Of a stretch of DNA of 64,000 bases, positions 33,243-42,751 are shown one piece after another; position 1 is the first letter of the stretch; each line of letters begins with the position of its first letter. The stretch is from an uncultured cyanobacterium (GTDB lineage Bacteria; Cyanobacteriota; Cyanobacteriia; Cyanobacteriales; Nostocaceae), in contig OY970166.1 of NCBI GenBank assembly GCA_963706595.1, positions 2,752,001 to 2,816,000 on the forward strand, read 5' to 3'. A program made the translations under genes and the position numbers. The notes beneath the pieces were generated by a model. It saw only the letters and a list, made by a program, of their open reading frames with translations, was not told the DNA's origin and did not search any database.

Positions 33243-34113
33243 GGTTAGGGGCAAAATAAGAGTCAATCAAGGTAGCAGAGCGAATTGGGCGACCTAAATG
33301 ATATTGAGCATACTGGCGCAAAATTTGCTCAACAGATAACCAGTTATAATTTTTGGCAGCATCCATTCGCATTATCTCTGGTTGTGACAGATGTTGGAGC
33401 ATAGATAGTTCTGTAGCATCCAAGCGACAAGAAATTACTGGTATATCTTGTCTGTGAACAACTGTTTGGTAAGCTAAGTTTGGCTGAGGGGCTGATGGAG
33501 CCAGACGAGTCTGATCTCTATCTTTACGCAAACTTTCCCAAGCCTGTAAACAGACTGTACCACCAGCCGTCACACTAAATCCCACTCGCCAATTAGGGTT
33601 TGTAAAATCTGGTTTTAAGGTCTTTTGAGTTAAGCAACAGGCTTGTACTTGAGGTGACAAACCTGCAAGGGAAAAAAAGTCAAACACTCCCTGAGCTAAG
33701 TGAGCATAAATAGCAGATGTATCAGTTTTGGGCAATGCTTCCAATCGCTGAAGATATTCATTGAGTAACTGATAAAGTTCCTCTTGGGGTTGTTCACTCA
33801 AAGCCTGACACAGGACTATTTCTGCTAAATACTGACCAGCAGCGAGTTTACCCAAATCTTGAGACAAACCTGGATAAGTTTTGACAGTTTGTGCTTGTGT
33901 AATTTTATCGAGCGATCGCCCTTTGGCAATCAGTAATTCATTCACCACAAACATCCCACTCCTGCCACCAAGGCTAGAGTTTTGCTTGCGCGCCCCTGGT
34001 GCAACTGCTTGAATCAAACCGAATTCCCGTGTCAAAATTGTCACTATCCTGTCTGATTCTCCCAGCACTTGGGCTTTGAGATTAATTCCAGTGGCTTTAT
34101 AGGTTCTACTCAT
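33226..34113 (-). CDS. recO: DNA repair protein RecO
   Basis: [16 protein letters not shown] and APGARK. Confidence 0.93.
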   Translation of the reverse strand: MSRTYKATGINLKAQVLGESDRIVTILTREFGLIQAVAPGARKQNSSLGGRSGMFVVNELLIAKGRSLDKITQAQTVKTYPGLSQDLGKLAAGQYLAEIVLCQALSEQPQEELYQLLNEYLQRLEALPKTDTSAIYAHLAQGVFDFFSLAGLSPQVQACCLTQKTLKPDFTNPNWRVGFSVTAGGTVCLQAWESLRKDRDQTRLAPSAPQPNLAYQTVVHRQDIPVISCRLDATELSMLQHLSQPEIMRMDAAKNYNWLSVEQILRQYAQYHLGRPIRSATLIDSYFAPNHDATV

Positions 34114-34152
34114 TAGTCATTAGTTATTAGTCATTAGTCATTAGTCATTGGC
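34111..34152. repeat. STRR (TTAGTCA tandem)
   Basis: CATTAGTCATTAGTTATTAGTCATTAGTCATTAGTCATTGG. Confidence 0.85.
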
Positions 34153-34200
34153 TATTCTTTGAGGACAAACAACCCATGACAAAAGACATAAAAATCATGA

Positions 34201-34872
34201 CTATTCTTTATCCAGGTTATCGCGCTGGCGGAGCAAATCAATACTCCGAGACGTACCTAATCTGGTCGCACCAGCTAGAATTAGCTCTATGGCTTCATTG
34301 TAGGTGCGAATACCCCCAGAAGCTTTAATTCCCAAACTGTCTTTAGTAATTTCCTTCAACAGCCGCACATCCGCCAGAGTAGCACCACCATTCCAACCTG
34401 TACTGGTTTTTAAGAAAGCCGCCCCAGCTTCCATAGATACTTCCGCAGCCAATCTTTTCTCAGCATCAGTCAATAGATTAGTTTCCAAAATCACCTTGAC
34501 AGTTTGCCCAGTTTCTTCACAAATTTCCGCAATTTCGCGGTGAACTGCTTCGGTTTTGCCAGCCTTCAACCAACCTAAGTTAATTACCACATCTAGCTCA
34601 GTCGCCCCATTTTCCGCAGCTTCCTGAGCCTCATACAGCTTAACGGCGGAAGTTGTCGCCCCCATAGGAAAGCCAATCACCGTACAAACTTTGGGCTTTT
34701 TACCGTGGAGGAGTTCTGCTGCTTGCTTCACATAGGAGGGGTGAAGACAAACCGCCGCAAAATTAAATCTGTCTGCTTCTTCACACCATTGCTCAACCTG
34801 CTCTGGAGTAGCCGTTGGCATCAGCAGAGAATGATCGATAAATGGCGCAATATCAATATAGTCTGCTGCCAT
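34201..34872 (-). CDS. deoC: Deoxyribose-phosphate aldolase
   Basis: VIGFPMG, KVILET, FLKTSTG and KASGGIR. Confidence 0.97.
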   Translation of the reverse strand: MAADYIDIAPFIDHSLLMPTATPEQVEQWCEEADRFNFAAVCLHPSYVKQAAELLHGKKPKVCTVIGFPMGATTSAVKLYEAQEAAENGATELDVVINLGWLKAGKTEAVHREIAEICEETGQTVKVILETNLLTDAEKRLAAEVSMEAGAAFLKTSTGWNGGATLADVRLLKEITKDSLGIKASGGIRTYNEAIELILAGATRLGTSRSIDLLRQRDNLDKE

Positions 34873-35056
34873 CGTGTGTTTTACCAGTAATTGATTATTA
34901 AAGTTTATGAAAAATTAAGACATTTCTTAATACATATATTAAAACACATATCTTCTGGGTTGATCCCGAAAATAACCTGCTGACGAGGTTTTCTCTACCG
35001 AGTATAAATATTTGTCAGGAATATAAATTAAACACCCCGCCCTTGAAGCAACTCAA

Positions 35057-35100
35057 ACTCCCCCCTCTCCTTACTAAGGAGAGGGGCTGGGGGTGAGGTT
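35057..35100. repeat. GC-rich intergenic hairpin repeat
   Basis: CCCCTCTCCTTACTAAGGAGAGGGGCTGGGGGTGAGG. Confidence 0.65.
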
Positions 35101-35355
35101 CTATATTTTATTAAATCCCCATCTATAAGCATTAAACTTGACATTAGACAGTTAGTAATTATAGAAACCATTTGATAATTGATGCAGTCCCTGCGCCTGA
35201 TAGGGCTTATTCCCCATCAAAAGAGGCCGTTCTATTCTGATACCCTTGTCACGGTAAATTTTTCCATCACAGTTGTACTACTTCCAGAGTTATGATTTCT
35301 AAGTAATCAGATGCTTAGTAAATCTGGTTACTAAATTTTATTTCAGGTTAGTTGC

Positions 35356-36252
35356 ATGACAGTCCAAACACAACGATGGCTTCAAATAGCTCTTCAGGTA
35401 AAAGGCTCAGTAATTTTCGCGATTTATCAACGTGTTATTGGGTGTGGTTTATTTGGTGTTGTTGTTTCTATACTTTATCATTTTAAATTATCTGTATCCC
35501 AACCAATTTTAGGAAGTGTTATTCCTAGCATCGTTTTAGGCTTATTATTAGTTTTTCGTACTAATACAGCTTATGAACGCTTTTGGGAAGGCAGAAAATG
35601 TTGGGGTTCCATAGTAAACAATGTGCGAAATTTAGCAAGACAAATTTGGGTTTCCATTGATGATAAATCCGCAGAAGATAGAAAAAATAAAATTGCTGCA
35701 TTGCATTTATTAGTAGCTTTTGCTGTAGCGACTAAATTACATTTGCGCGGAGAATTGGTAACAAATGAGTTAGAAGAACTAATGCCAGACTCTAAATATA
35801 TAAAACTTAAGAATATGAATAATCCACCCCTAGAAGTTGCTTTCTGGATTGGAGATTATTTACAGCAGCAGTATAATCAAAATTGCCTTAACAGCTACCA
35901 GTTAACAGCAATGCAGGAGTTATTAAATCATCTAGTGGATAATTTAGGCGCATGTGAACGGATTTTAAAAACACCAATCCCTTTAGCATACGCTATTCAT
36001 CTCAAGCAGTTATTACTACTATATTGTTGCCTATTACCTTTTCAACTAGTCGAAAGTCTGGGGTGGTGGACAGGATTAATTGTGGCGTTAATTAGTTTTA
36101 CTTTATTTGGCATTGAAGCCATCGGTTTGGAAATAGAAAATCCTTTTGGTTATGATGCTAATGACTTGCCATTAGATGCAATTTGCAACACTATGAAACG
36201 CAATATTGATGATTTAATTAGTCTAAGTCCTAGCATGGAATTATATAATTAA
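35356..36252 (+). CDS. Bestrophin family anion channel
   Basis: LLVFRTNTAYERFWEGR and EIENPFG. Confidence 0.93.
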   Translation: MTVQTQRWLQIALQVKGSVIFAIYQRVIGCGLFGVVVSILYHFKLSVSQPILGSVIPSIVLGLLLVFRTNTAYERFWEGRKCWGSIVNNVRNLARQIWVSIDDKSAEDRKNKIAALHLLVAFAVATKLHLRGELVTNELEELMPDSKYIKLKNMNNPPLEVAFWIGDYLQQQYNQNCLNSYQLTAMQELLNHLVDNLGACERILKTPIPLAYAIHLKQLLLLYCCLLPFQLVESLGWWTGLIVALISFTLFGIEAIGLEIENPFGYDANDLPLDAICNTMKRNIDDLISLSPSMELYN

Positions 36253-36255
36253 AAC

Positions 36256-37395
36256 TCACAACAATTTTCCCCCAGTTGCTAAGAAGTCGAGAATAGTTTG
36301 AGCTAATGCCTTTGATGCCAAATAAGGTACACCATTACCAATGGTTTTAAACATATTGGTGAGTGACATATCCTCTGGAAGTGCAAAATTTGCAGGTAAA
36401 GATTGAATAGCTAAAGCTTCTGCTACAGAAATTCGCCGCACTTGGTAGGGATGTAAATGTACTTCATTATTTCCATAGCAAGCTGTCGGCGAGTAACGCC
36501 ATCTATGCAGACGTTTAAAAGATTTTTTAGAAACATCTCCTTCATCCACAGCCGCAAATCTGACAATACCTGCCCTTGGTTTAAAATAGTGTTGAGTATT
36601 GGGATGATGCACAACATGATTTTTTCTAAACCAGTATTCAACTGTTAGTTCTTGAGGTATGCTTTCAGGGCAAGGTATGATAGAATCTTCTTGGAATTTT
36701 TCGCACTTTCTCCAAGGGTAATTAAAAACCTGTTTTTGAGGATATGAAATTTGCTTTTGCCAATTAAAATATTCTTCAAATATTAATTCATTAATACCAA
36801 TATCTTGAAGAAAATTATCTTTAAAACCAACAAGAATAATTCTTTCTCTATCCTGTGGTACACCGTATTCAAGAGCGTTAATTAATCGTTCTGTTAATAT
36901 ATAGCCTGCTTGGCTTAATTTCTGCTTTAGAGATTCAAAAAATAACCTGTGTTTTCTCGTCCGCCATAAACCTTTAACATTTTCAAATAAAAAGAAATCT
37001 GGTAAATTTTGACAAATTAATTCTACATAGTCAGCCGAAAGTTTACCATTATCTCCTGATTTTCCTTTATTTTTTCCCCCAACCGAAAAGTCAGGACACG
37101 GGGGACCACCAATAAAACCAATTATATGATCAGACTTGCGGCAGTCTTTGACTAATTCACATAGGCGTTCTGCTTCTGTCCCTGTAATCAGTTTGCTTAC
37201 GTTTGCTGCTTCCCCTTCGTTATATCCATATTCTGGCTGTGGAAGTTTCAGGATTTCCCGTGAATAGCGATATGCTTTCATAAATGGTTTAAATATTTCA
37301 TTCACGTAGACAATATTAAAACCACTATTTTCAAAGCCTAAGTCCAGGAAACCGGAACCAGAAAAGAAGGAAAAAATACAAGGGGAAACATTCAT
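36256..37395 (-). CDS. DNA (cytosine-5) methyltransferase, orphan
   Basis: FFSGSG motif I, GPPCPDFS motif IV, FENV, QDRER and IGNGVP. Confidence 0.95.
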   Translation of the reverse strand: MNVSPCIFSFFSGSGFLDLGFENSGFNIVYVNEIFKPFMKAYRYSREILKLPQPEYGYNEGEAANVSKLITGTEAERLCELVKDCRKSDHIIGFIGGPPCPDFSVGGKNKGKSGDNGKLSADYVELICQNLPDFFLFENVKGLWRTRKHRLFFESLKQKLSQAGYILTERLINALEYGVPQDRERIILVGFKDNFLQDIGINELIFEEYFNWQKQISYPQKQVFNYPWRKCEKFQEDSIIPCPESIPQELTVEYWFRKNHVVHHPNTQHYFKPRAGIVRFAAVDEGDVSKKSFKRLHRWRYSPTACYGNNEVHLHPYQVRRISVAEALAIQSLPANFALPEDMSLTNMFKTIGNGVPYLASKALAQTILDFLATGGKLL

Positions 37396-37503
37396 TAATA
37401 AAACGAATACATTATCAAATAATATTAAAGTATAGCAGAGTAAACAATTGTTCTTGTTTAGGTAATATAGTAATTATCTATAGATATGTACTAACCCAAA
37501 TAT

Positions 37504-37536
37504 AGATCCCCGACTTCTTGAAGAAGTCGGGGATCT
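37504..37536. repeat. 33-bp palindrome AGATCCCCGACTTCT-N3-AGAAGTCGGGGATCT
   Basis: Further copies at 48567-48599, 57631-57663 and 59775-59807. Confidence 0.9.
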
Positions 37537-37607
37537 GAAACTCTCGGTGTTCATCAGATAAGATATTTTGGATATTCTTTAGCTTACAGTTTTTTAAAGA
37601 TTATTAT

Positions 37608-37672
37608 CACGCAAAGGCGCAAAGGCGCAAAGGAGCAAAGTTTGTATTATGCGTCTTGACGACTTTGCGTGA
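37608..37672. repeat. GCGCAAAG/CTTTGCG repeat element
   Basis: TCACGCAAAGGCGCAAAGGCGCAAAGG ... CTTTGCGTGA. Confidence 0.75.
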
Positions 37673-37674
37673 AA

Positions 37675-39117
37675 TTATCCTACAGTTTCAGGCTGTGGTT
37701 GTGGCGATAAACGCTTTACGCCTTGCTGAACAAACCCATGCAAAAAACTCATCTGCTGGTTTTTCTGGAAGACGTTTTGCAAAGTTTGGCGCAATTTGTC
37801 TAAATTCAAGGCGTTTCCGGAATCTAGGGCTATTTCCTGCTGTGCAAAATATTCCACTAAGCTTAAACCGGCTACTCTGGTAAGATAAGCTGCACTGACA
37901 CCCTGCACTACACCACCAGCTACGAAGGTGACAGCGTTAGTTTTGAGAACTATACTTACAGCTTTTGTGGAAAGTTCTACTAACCCTAGTTTCAGCATTA
38001 AACTTCCCATTGTTCCAGCTACAGTTTGCGCTTGTTCCCAAGAAAACTTCTGCTGATAGATATTACCTAAATCCATGACCATTTGAGCATTAATTGCCGC
38101 AGTGGCGAGAATATCCAGGGCTGGGACTGGGTTAGCAAAGGCAGCAGCCGCAGTTATCCATTGATATTGTTCAATAATTGGGGTGGCGCGATCGCATCTA
38201 GTTTCATTCAGCCAGTGTTTAGCTTCGGCTTTCAACAATTTGGCTGTTCTGAAAGTAGTTGTCCATACCAGTTTTTGTCCTTGCTGTGCCAGAACTTCAC
38301 TCAATTGCTGTGTTAACTGCTGGATATCTGGGGCTGGTTGTTCCATCCACTCTTGCACAGTACCATCAGCTTCATGCTTCCTGACTTTAATCGGAATGGG
38401 AGAAGCCGCCGTTGCAACTACATTTTCCGCCATTCGCTGTTTTAATGACAGCAAAATACTAGCACGTTCATCTACTAAATACTGGTCTTGTTTGTTGAAA
38501 ACTAAAATAGCAGGCTGATTTGCGGCTTTTATCTGCTGTAAGCTTTGAAATTCCGAGTCTGTCAAATCACCGTTGGTTAGGAACAGCACAAAATCAGATT
38601 GTTGAATTTCTGCTAAAACAGCCGCATCTGAATTGTCACCCGCTTCTCTAAACAAAGGTGATGTTTCCGAGAAAGTGACTTTTGGCTGTGCTGCTTCCCA
38701 ACTGCTAGATTCCAGCACTTGAATTAAAGTGCTTTTACCCACGGATTTACCACCAGTCACAGCCAATTTAATTTCTTGTCTGTCTAATTCGGGCAGCAAT
38801 TGGGCAACTTGTGATCGTAATGTCTCTAAGGCTATGTGGTTTTCCGCTTCTATTGCCAGTTGGTTAATGACGGTTTGTGTTGTTGCGATCGCACTTTCGG
38901 CCATTGCTCGATCTACAACGATACCATCTAGCGGCTCTAAACTATTTTTCGGGCGATTTTTTTGGAATAACCACAAACCACCACCCACAGCCAAAGCACT
39001 AAATAAACCAAATTCACTCAGCTGCACTATAGAATCATGCCAGCTTTGTAATATCCACAGGGAAAAGGATAGTCCCAATCCTCCCACTAAAATCGGTCGC
39101 TGCAACTTCACAACCAT
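37675..39117 (-). CDS. GTPase-like / YcjF (DUF697) domain protein
   Basis: Degenerate P-loop GGKSVGKST, NKQD and NPVPALD. Confidence 0.8.
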   Translation of the reverse strand: MVVKLQRPILVGGLGLSFSLWILQSWHDSIVQLSEFGLFSALAVGGGLWLFQKNRPKNSLEPLDGIVVDRAMAESAIATTQTVINQLAIEAENHIALETLRSQVAQLLPELDRQEIKLAVTGGKSVGKSTLIQVLESSSWEAAQPKVTFSETSPLFREAGDNSDAAVLAEIQQSDFVLFLTNGDLTDSEFQSLQQIKAANQPAILVFNKQDQYLVDERASILLSLKQRMAENVVATAASPIPIKVRKHEADGTVQEWMEQPAPDIQQLTQQLSEVLAQQGQKLVWTTTFRTAKLLKAEAKHWLNETRCDRATPIIEQYQWITAAAAFANPVPALDILATAAINAQMVMDLGNIYQQKFSWEQAQTVAGTMGSLMLKLGLVELSTKAVSIVLKTNAVTFVAGGVVQGVSAAYLTRVAGLSLVEYFAQQEIALDSGNALNLDKLRQTLQNVFQKNQQMSFLHGFVQQGVKRLSPQPQPETVG

Positions 39118-39158
39118 GATTCTCCGCGCTTTTTGTCAAGTATCTCTTTCAGAATAGA

Positions 39159-39641
39159 TCAAAACTCTGCCTTTCCATCTTCAACAGGCGAACAGACACA
39201 CTTTTCTTCATCTAAAGCAGCTGGCAAAATTAATTCCCAAGCCTCACGATATTGTGTAGAACGAGGTTGGCGCTGTCGTTTGTTCGTCTCAACTAGGTGG
39301 ATTTCACTACCATAATCTATAAATACATTTACTGGAAAAATATAGAATAAGTCGAGTTTTTCTATATATACCAGTGCAAAATCAAAATCAGATTGCTGAT
39401 ATGCTGCTCGAATCATGATCCGCCGATTCGTTTTAGTGCGGCGGTTATCTACAACATAATTGCCAGAAGATTCATCAAACCAAGCGGACTTGACTTGAAT
39501 TTTAACTAGATTTCCTTCTACATCAAAGACTAAATCGTAGGGAAGCCGATCTCCCACAGGTTTCAAAACTCCCCAACCACGCTTGAGGGCATGAAAAATA
39601 GCAGCCTGTTCTGCTATATCTCCTTTGAGCTTTGTGTCCAT
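39159..39641 (-). CDS. PD-(D/E)XK homing endonuclease of the I-Ssp6803I family, free-standing
   Basis: TKLKGDIAEQAAI, YDLVFD, KIQVKS, VDNRRTKTNRR and YREAW closely resemble I-Ssp6803I as I recall it; next to tRNA-fMet; ATG 39641. Confidence 0.88.
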   Translation of the reverse strand: MDTKLKGDIAEQAAIFHALKRGWGVLKPVGDRLPYDLVFDVEGNLVKIQVKSAWFDESSGNYVVDNRRTKTNRRIMIRAAYQQSDFDFALVYIEKLDLFYIFPVNVFIDYGSEIHLVETNKRQRQPRSTQYREAWELILPAALDEEKCVCSPVEDGKAEF

Positions 39642-39718
39642 TTGCTCATAGCGGATATCAGCATAAAACAAAACCCTGAAAACTCTAAGGTTAACAGGGT
39701 CTTGCTTTGTCTTTCATT

Positions 39719-40050
39719 TGGTGGCGGGAAGTGGATTTGAACCACTGACCTTCGGGTTATGCCTACCAACTACAGTTTTCACTGCCCGGATATTCCGGTT
39801 TGTGGTCTGGACTGTCCCTTCGCCCTCGTCTATCATTTCTGATTCCGTTAGGGTGCCTGCCTTCCAGTCTCTACACCTTCTCCATTTCTGGAGCTTGGTT
39901 CGGGATTACCGCGCTAGTGGCTTCCCCGAGTTTGACAGGTAATCATACGCAAGTTTCTTCGCGTACCGCCCACTGCAAGACTAACTAATAAGCGCTTAGT
40001 TGAATCTTACGAATTGAGCCCGACGAGCTACCAGACTGCTCTATCCCGCG
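39719..40050 (-). tRNA. trnfM: tRNA-fMet(CAT), intron-split: exon 1 40050-40017, exon 2 39761-39719
   Basis: Spliced 77 nt CGCGGGATAGAGCAGTCTGGTAGCTCGTCGGGCT^CATAACCCGAAGGTCAGTGGTTCAAATCCACTTCCCGCCACCA; C1 unpaired with position 72, GGG/CCC anticodon stem, encoded CCA. Confidence 0.95.
39762..40016 (-). ncRNA. Group I self-splicing intron (255 nt, ORF-less)
   Basis: Follows exon U and ends in G. P1 GCU^CA pairs with UGGGC (U.G at the splice site). P AAACUCGGGGAA, Q AAUCCCGAACC, R GUAGAGACUGGA, S AAGGGACAGUCC; P7 GACUG/CAGUC. Confidence 0.93.
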
Positions 40051-40068
40051 TCGCCTCTTGACTTCTAT

Positions 40069-40098
40069 AGTATAACCACAAGGTTTCAAGTTTGTCAA
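40069..40098 (-). promoter_or_regulatory. Sigma70-type promoter of tRNA-fMet
   Basis: TTGACA-N18-TATACT ending 18 nt upstream of the tRNA 5' end. Confidence 0.75.
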
Positions 40099-41052
40099 CT
40101 ATAAAAAAGATAATTCTCCAATTACTTCTAAACGCTTGTATTTACCTATAGACATAAACTTCTCCGAGAGGCTTTCGGCGGCGCTGGGACTAATCCAACC
40201 CATCTGCTGGAGCAAGTGGATCGCCACGGCATATTTTGCGCGTTTGGCTCCATCCATGACTTTAATCGTCAAGCCCATACCTTCACCCAGCCTGCCAATA
40301 CATTGCACTCCTTCGGCACCAGTTTTACTTACCAGTTCCCCTGGAGCTAAACGCATCAGTTCTGTGTCAAATTCGCCAACTCCTGCCACCATAGCGGCAT
40401 GATGAGTCATGGCACGGACAATCCGCTCCATATCAACATTGCTACTGGAGGCTAAGAGCGCATACAAAGATGCCATTTGACTGATTTGCATCAGATAGGT
40501 GGGTGCGCCGCAGTCGTCGTGAGCGCTGAGAAATTCCTCGGCTGGCATTCGCAGCAATTCTGCGACTTTGCCCAAAATTAACTTTTGTACTGGGTGCTTG
40601 CGTTCCAGGTAGTTATTTAAAGGCCAATGTCGTTGTTGACATACAGCTAACATTCCGGCGTGTTTGCCAGAGCAATTATATTCCAGAGGGCTTTTTTTAC
40701 CTTCAGGAATTGGACATTGGAGTGCGGTCGGGTCAAGGTCAGCCCGCCAAAGAATATTAAATACCTGTCTTACCTGTTCGATTGTGCCTTTGTGGGAACT
40801 GGTAATAATGGCTAAATCGCGATCGCTGAGGTTATAGCGTTCGAGTGTGCCTGTGGTGGTGACTGCGAGTGCCTGAAATGGTTTGAGTGCTGAACGGACA
40901 AATGCCGCCGTTTCAGAATTGCCGGCAACGGATAAAACCCGTCCCCGTTCGTCGCAGACAACAGCCTCGACTATATGCCTCGATTCAGTAATCCCTTCCC
41001 GCAGTAGCCGGACTTCCAGGGGTTTGGCTTGAGTTCGTTTTCCCATTGTCAT
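40099..41052 (-). CDS. L-asparaginase II family protein
   Basis: RSALKPFQ, NCSGKHAGML, DDCGAP and SKTGAEG. Confidence 0.9.
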   Translation of the reverse strand: MTMGKRTQAKPLEVRLLREGITESRHIVEAVVCDERGRVLSVAGNSETAAFVRSALKPFQALAVTTTGTLERYNLSDRDLAIITSSHKGTIEQVRQVFNILWRADLDPTALQCPIPEGKKSPLEYNCSGKHAGMLAVCQQRHWPLNNYLERKHPVQKLILGKVAELLRMPAEEFLSAHDDCGAPTYLMQISQMASLYALLASSSNVDMERIVRAMTHHAAMVAGVGEFDTELMRLAPGELVSKTGAEGVQCIGRLGEGMGLTIKVMDGAKRAKYAVAIHLLQQMGWISPSAAESLSEKFMSIGKYKRLEVIGELSFL

Positions 41053-41228
41053 GGGTTAATATTTATCACCTTTTTTATGAATTAGTACAGCACGGCGGCT
41101 ATAAAACGACCGTGCAGAACCGCAATCTAGCCGAAAATACAACTTTTTTAACTTTTGATTTCCGAGACAACGGTATGATTTCCTCTTCATTGGTGATTAG
41201 TCGTTAATTACTAAACACCAATGAGGAT

Positions 41229-41729
41229 TTAGGACAATTGCCAAACTATAGTACCAATAAGAAACATTCCCGCCAAGCCAGCAGAGGTAAATTTTAACCT
41301 CTGAAGAATTGGTTTGATTTCATAAGACACAATCAGGCGATCGCGCATAATTACTTCCTGCGGCTTCGTCCAAGTTTGGCCGTCGTACCAACCTGACTCT
41401 TCATAAAATACGGTCGGATTGTAGAGGCGATCGCGTATATAGAGCCAGCCCAAGAACAACCGTACTAGTACTAAAATTACCCCTACACTCGCGACCGCTG
41501 CACCACAGAGGATAAAGTGGGCAAGTTGCTTGTGTGGGGGGAAACTAGCTGCTGCTATTGGCCCTGCTACCAGCCACGATAAACTCCAAATCCAAAGCAT
41601 TTTCGTGATGTATTCGCGCCAATTTAAGATGCAATCACAAAATAGCCAAGAGGTTTTTAACTCTTCGTATTCATTCAGCGGCTGTTGGTCTGTAGGAACT
41701 GGACAATCAGAAACCGAAGGCCTAATCAT
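41229..41729 (-). CDS. CGLD27/Ycf36 family protein
   Basis: CPVPTDQQPLNEY and YEESGWYDGQTW. Confidence 0.9.
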   Translation of the reverse strand: MIRPSVSDCPVPTDQQPLNEYEELKTSWLFCDCILNWREYITKMLWIWSLSWLVAGPIAAASFPPHKQLAHFILCGAAVASVGVILVLVRLFLGWLYIRDRLYNPTVFYEESGWYDGQTWTKPQEVIMRDRLIVSYEIKPILQRLKFTSAGLAGMFLIGTIVWQLS

Positions 41730-42187
41730 TTTGGCTTACCCCCGCCCTCATCAGAATTTTTCAGAGAAATGCGTTCTGCATGAACCCAGAATGCTTCTAA
41801 ATTATAAAATTCTCTCTCTGTTGGCATCATGATGTGAACAATCACTTCGCCATAATCTAGCAGCACCCAACTACTATCGGCTTTTCCTTCTGTTTGAAAG
41901 GGTCGCCGTTGCCAATCTGTTTGTACCTTCGCTTCAATTGATTCGGCGATCGCTCTAACTTGCACCCTAGAGTACCCGGTCATGATCACAAAGTAATCTG
42001 CCAGATAAGATACTTCTGCTACCCTAAGTACTAAGATATCATCCGCTTTGCGGTCTGAAGCTGCTTCGGCGACAGTCAAAGCTAAATTATCACTCACCTC
42101 TTTGGTTTGGTCATCTAGTCCTCTGAGTGCATTTTTGATCTCCGAGACAGACTGTAATGGGAAATTTCCTTGGAAATAATCAGACAT
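41726..42187 (-). CDS. rsfS: Ribosome silencing factor
   Basis: DRKADDI, ADYFVI, WVLLDYG and REFYNLEAFW. Confidence 0.95.
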   Translation of the reverse strand: MSDYFQGNFPLQSVSEIKNALRGLDDQTKEVSDNLALTVAEAASDRKADDILVLRVAEVSYLADYFVIMTGYSRVQVRAIAESIEAKVQTDWQRRPFQTEGKADSSWVLLDYGEVIVHIMMPTEREFYNLEAFWVHAERISLKNSDEGGGKPK

Positions 42188-42751
42188 TAAACCTCAGGTG
42201 TTTTATCCCTTGTGTTACAATTTTCCCCAATCACTTACTTACAAACAAAAAAATTGAATCGCAAGTGTATGTGTTGGTTTTTTTGAATACTAACAAAAAA
42301 ACAGGTGTCTATGGGGTGAGATCAAAAGTAATAGCGGATATAGGTGCTGAGACATGGGTCTATCCCAGCTGCCTCATCCTCAATATTTAGAGATAATTCT
42401 GGGTATTTAGCTACATTTCTATATATGCAGTAACGCCATCTCATAGATTGCATCTGAAAACGTGCATATAGATCCTACTTTTGGATCACTTTACTCTATG
42501 TGATCTGGACGTAAGTAGATAAACCAAACTATGTTAAGAAAAATAAACACGGCTGAAAGCCTCACCAATGACCAATGACAACCGACCTAATTAGTCAGAT
42601 ATGTGAAGACAGTGTGGACGGCAAGAGAGTTTGAACATTTCTGGTTTAGATAGTACAAGGAGTCTAGGAACCAATTAAAGTTTTGGAACCAAGAATACCC
42701 TGAATTTTGATCAAAATGAGCGATCGCGGCATTTTTGCACTCAGGAGACTG

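Noticed and set aside
35155..35290. Possible gene fragment or repeat upstream of bestrophin
   Set aside because: No complete ORF and no second copy in the window to support it
39718..39988. Plus-strand ORFs 39718-39942 and 39800-39988
   Set aside because: They are antisense to the tRNA exon and group I intron
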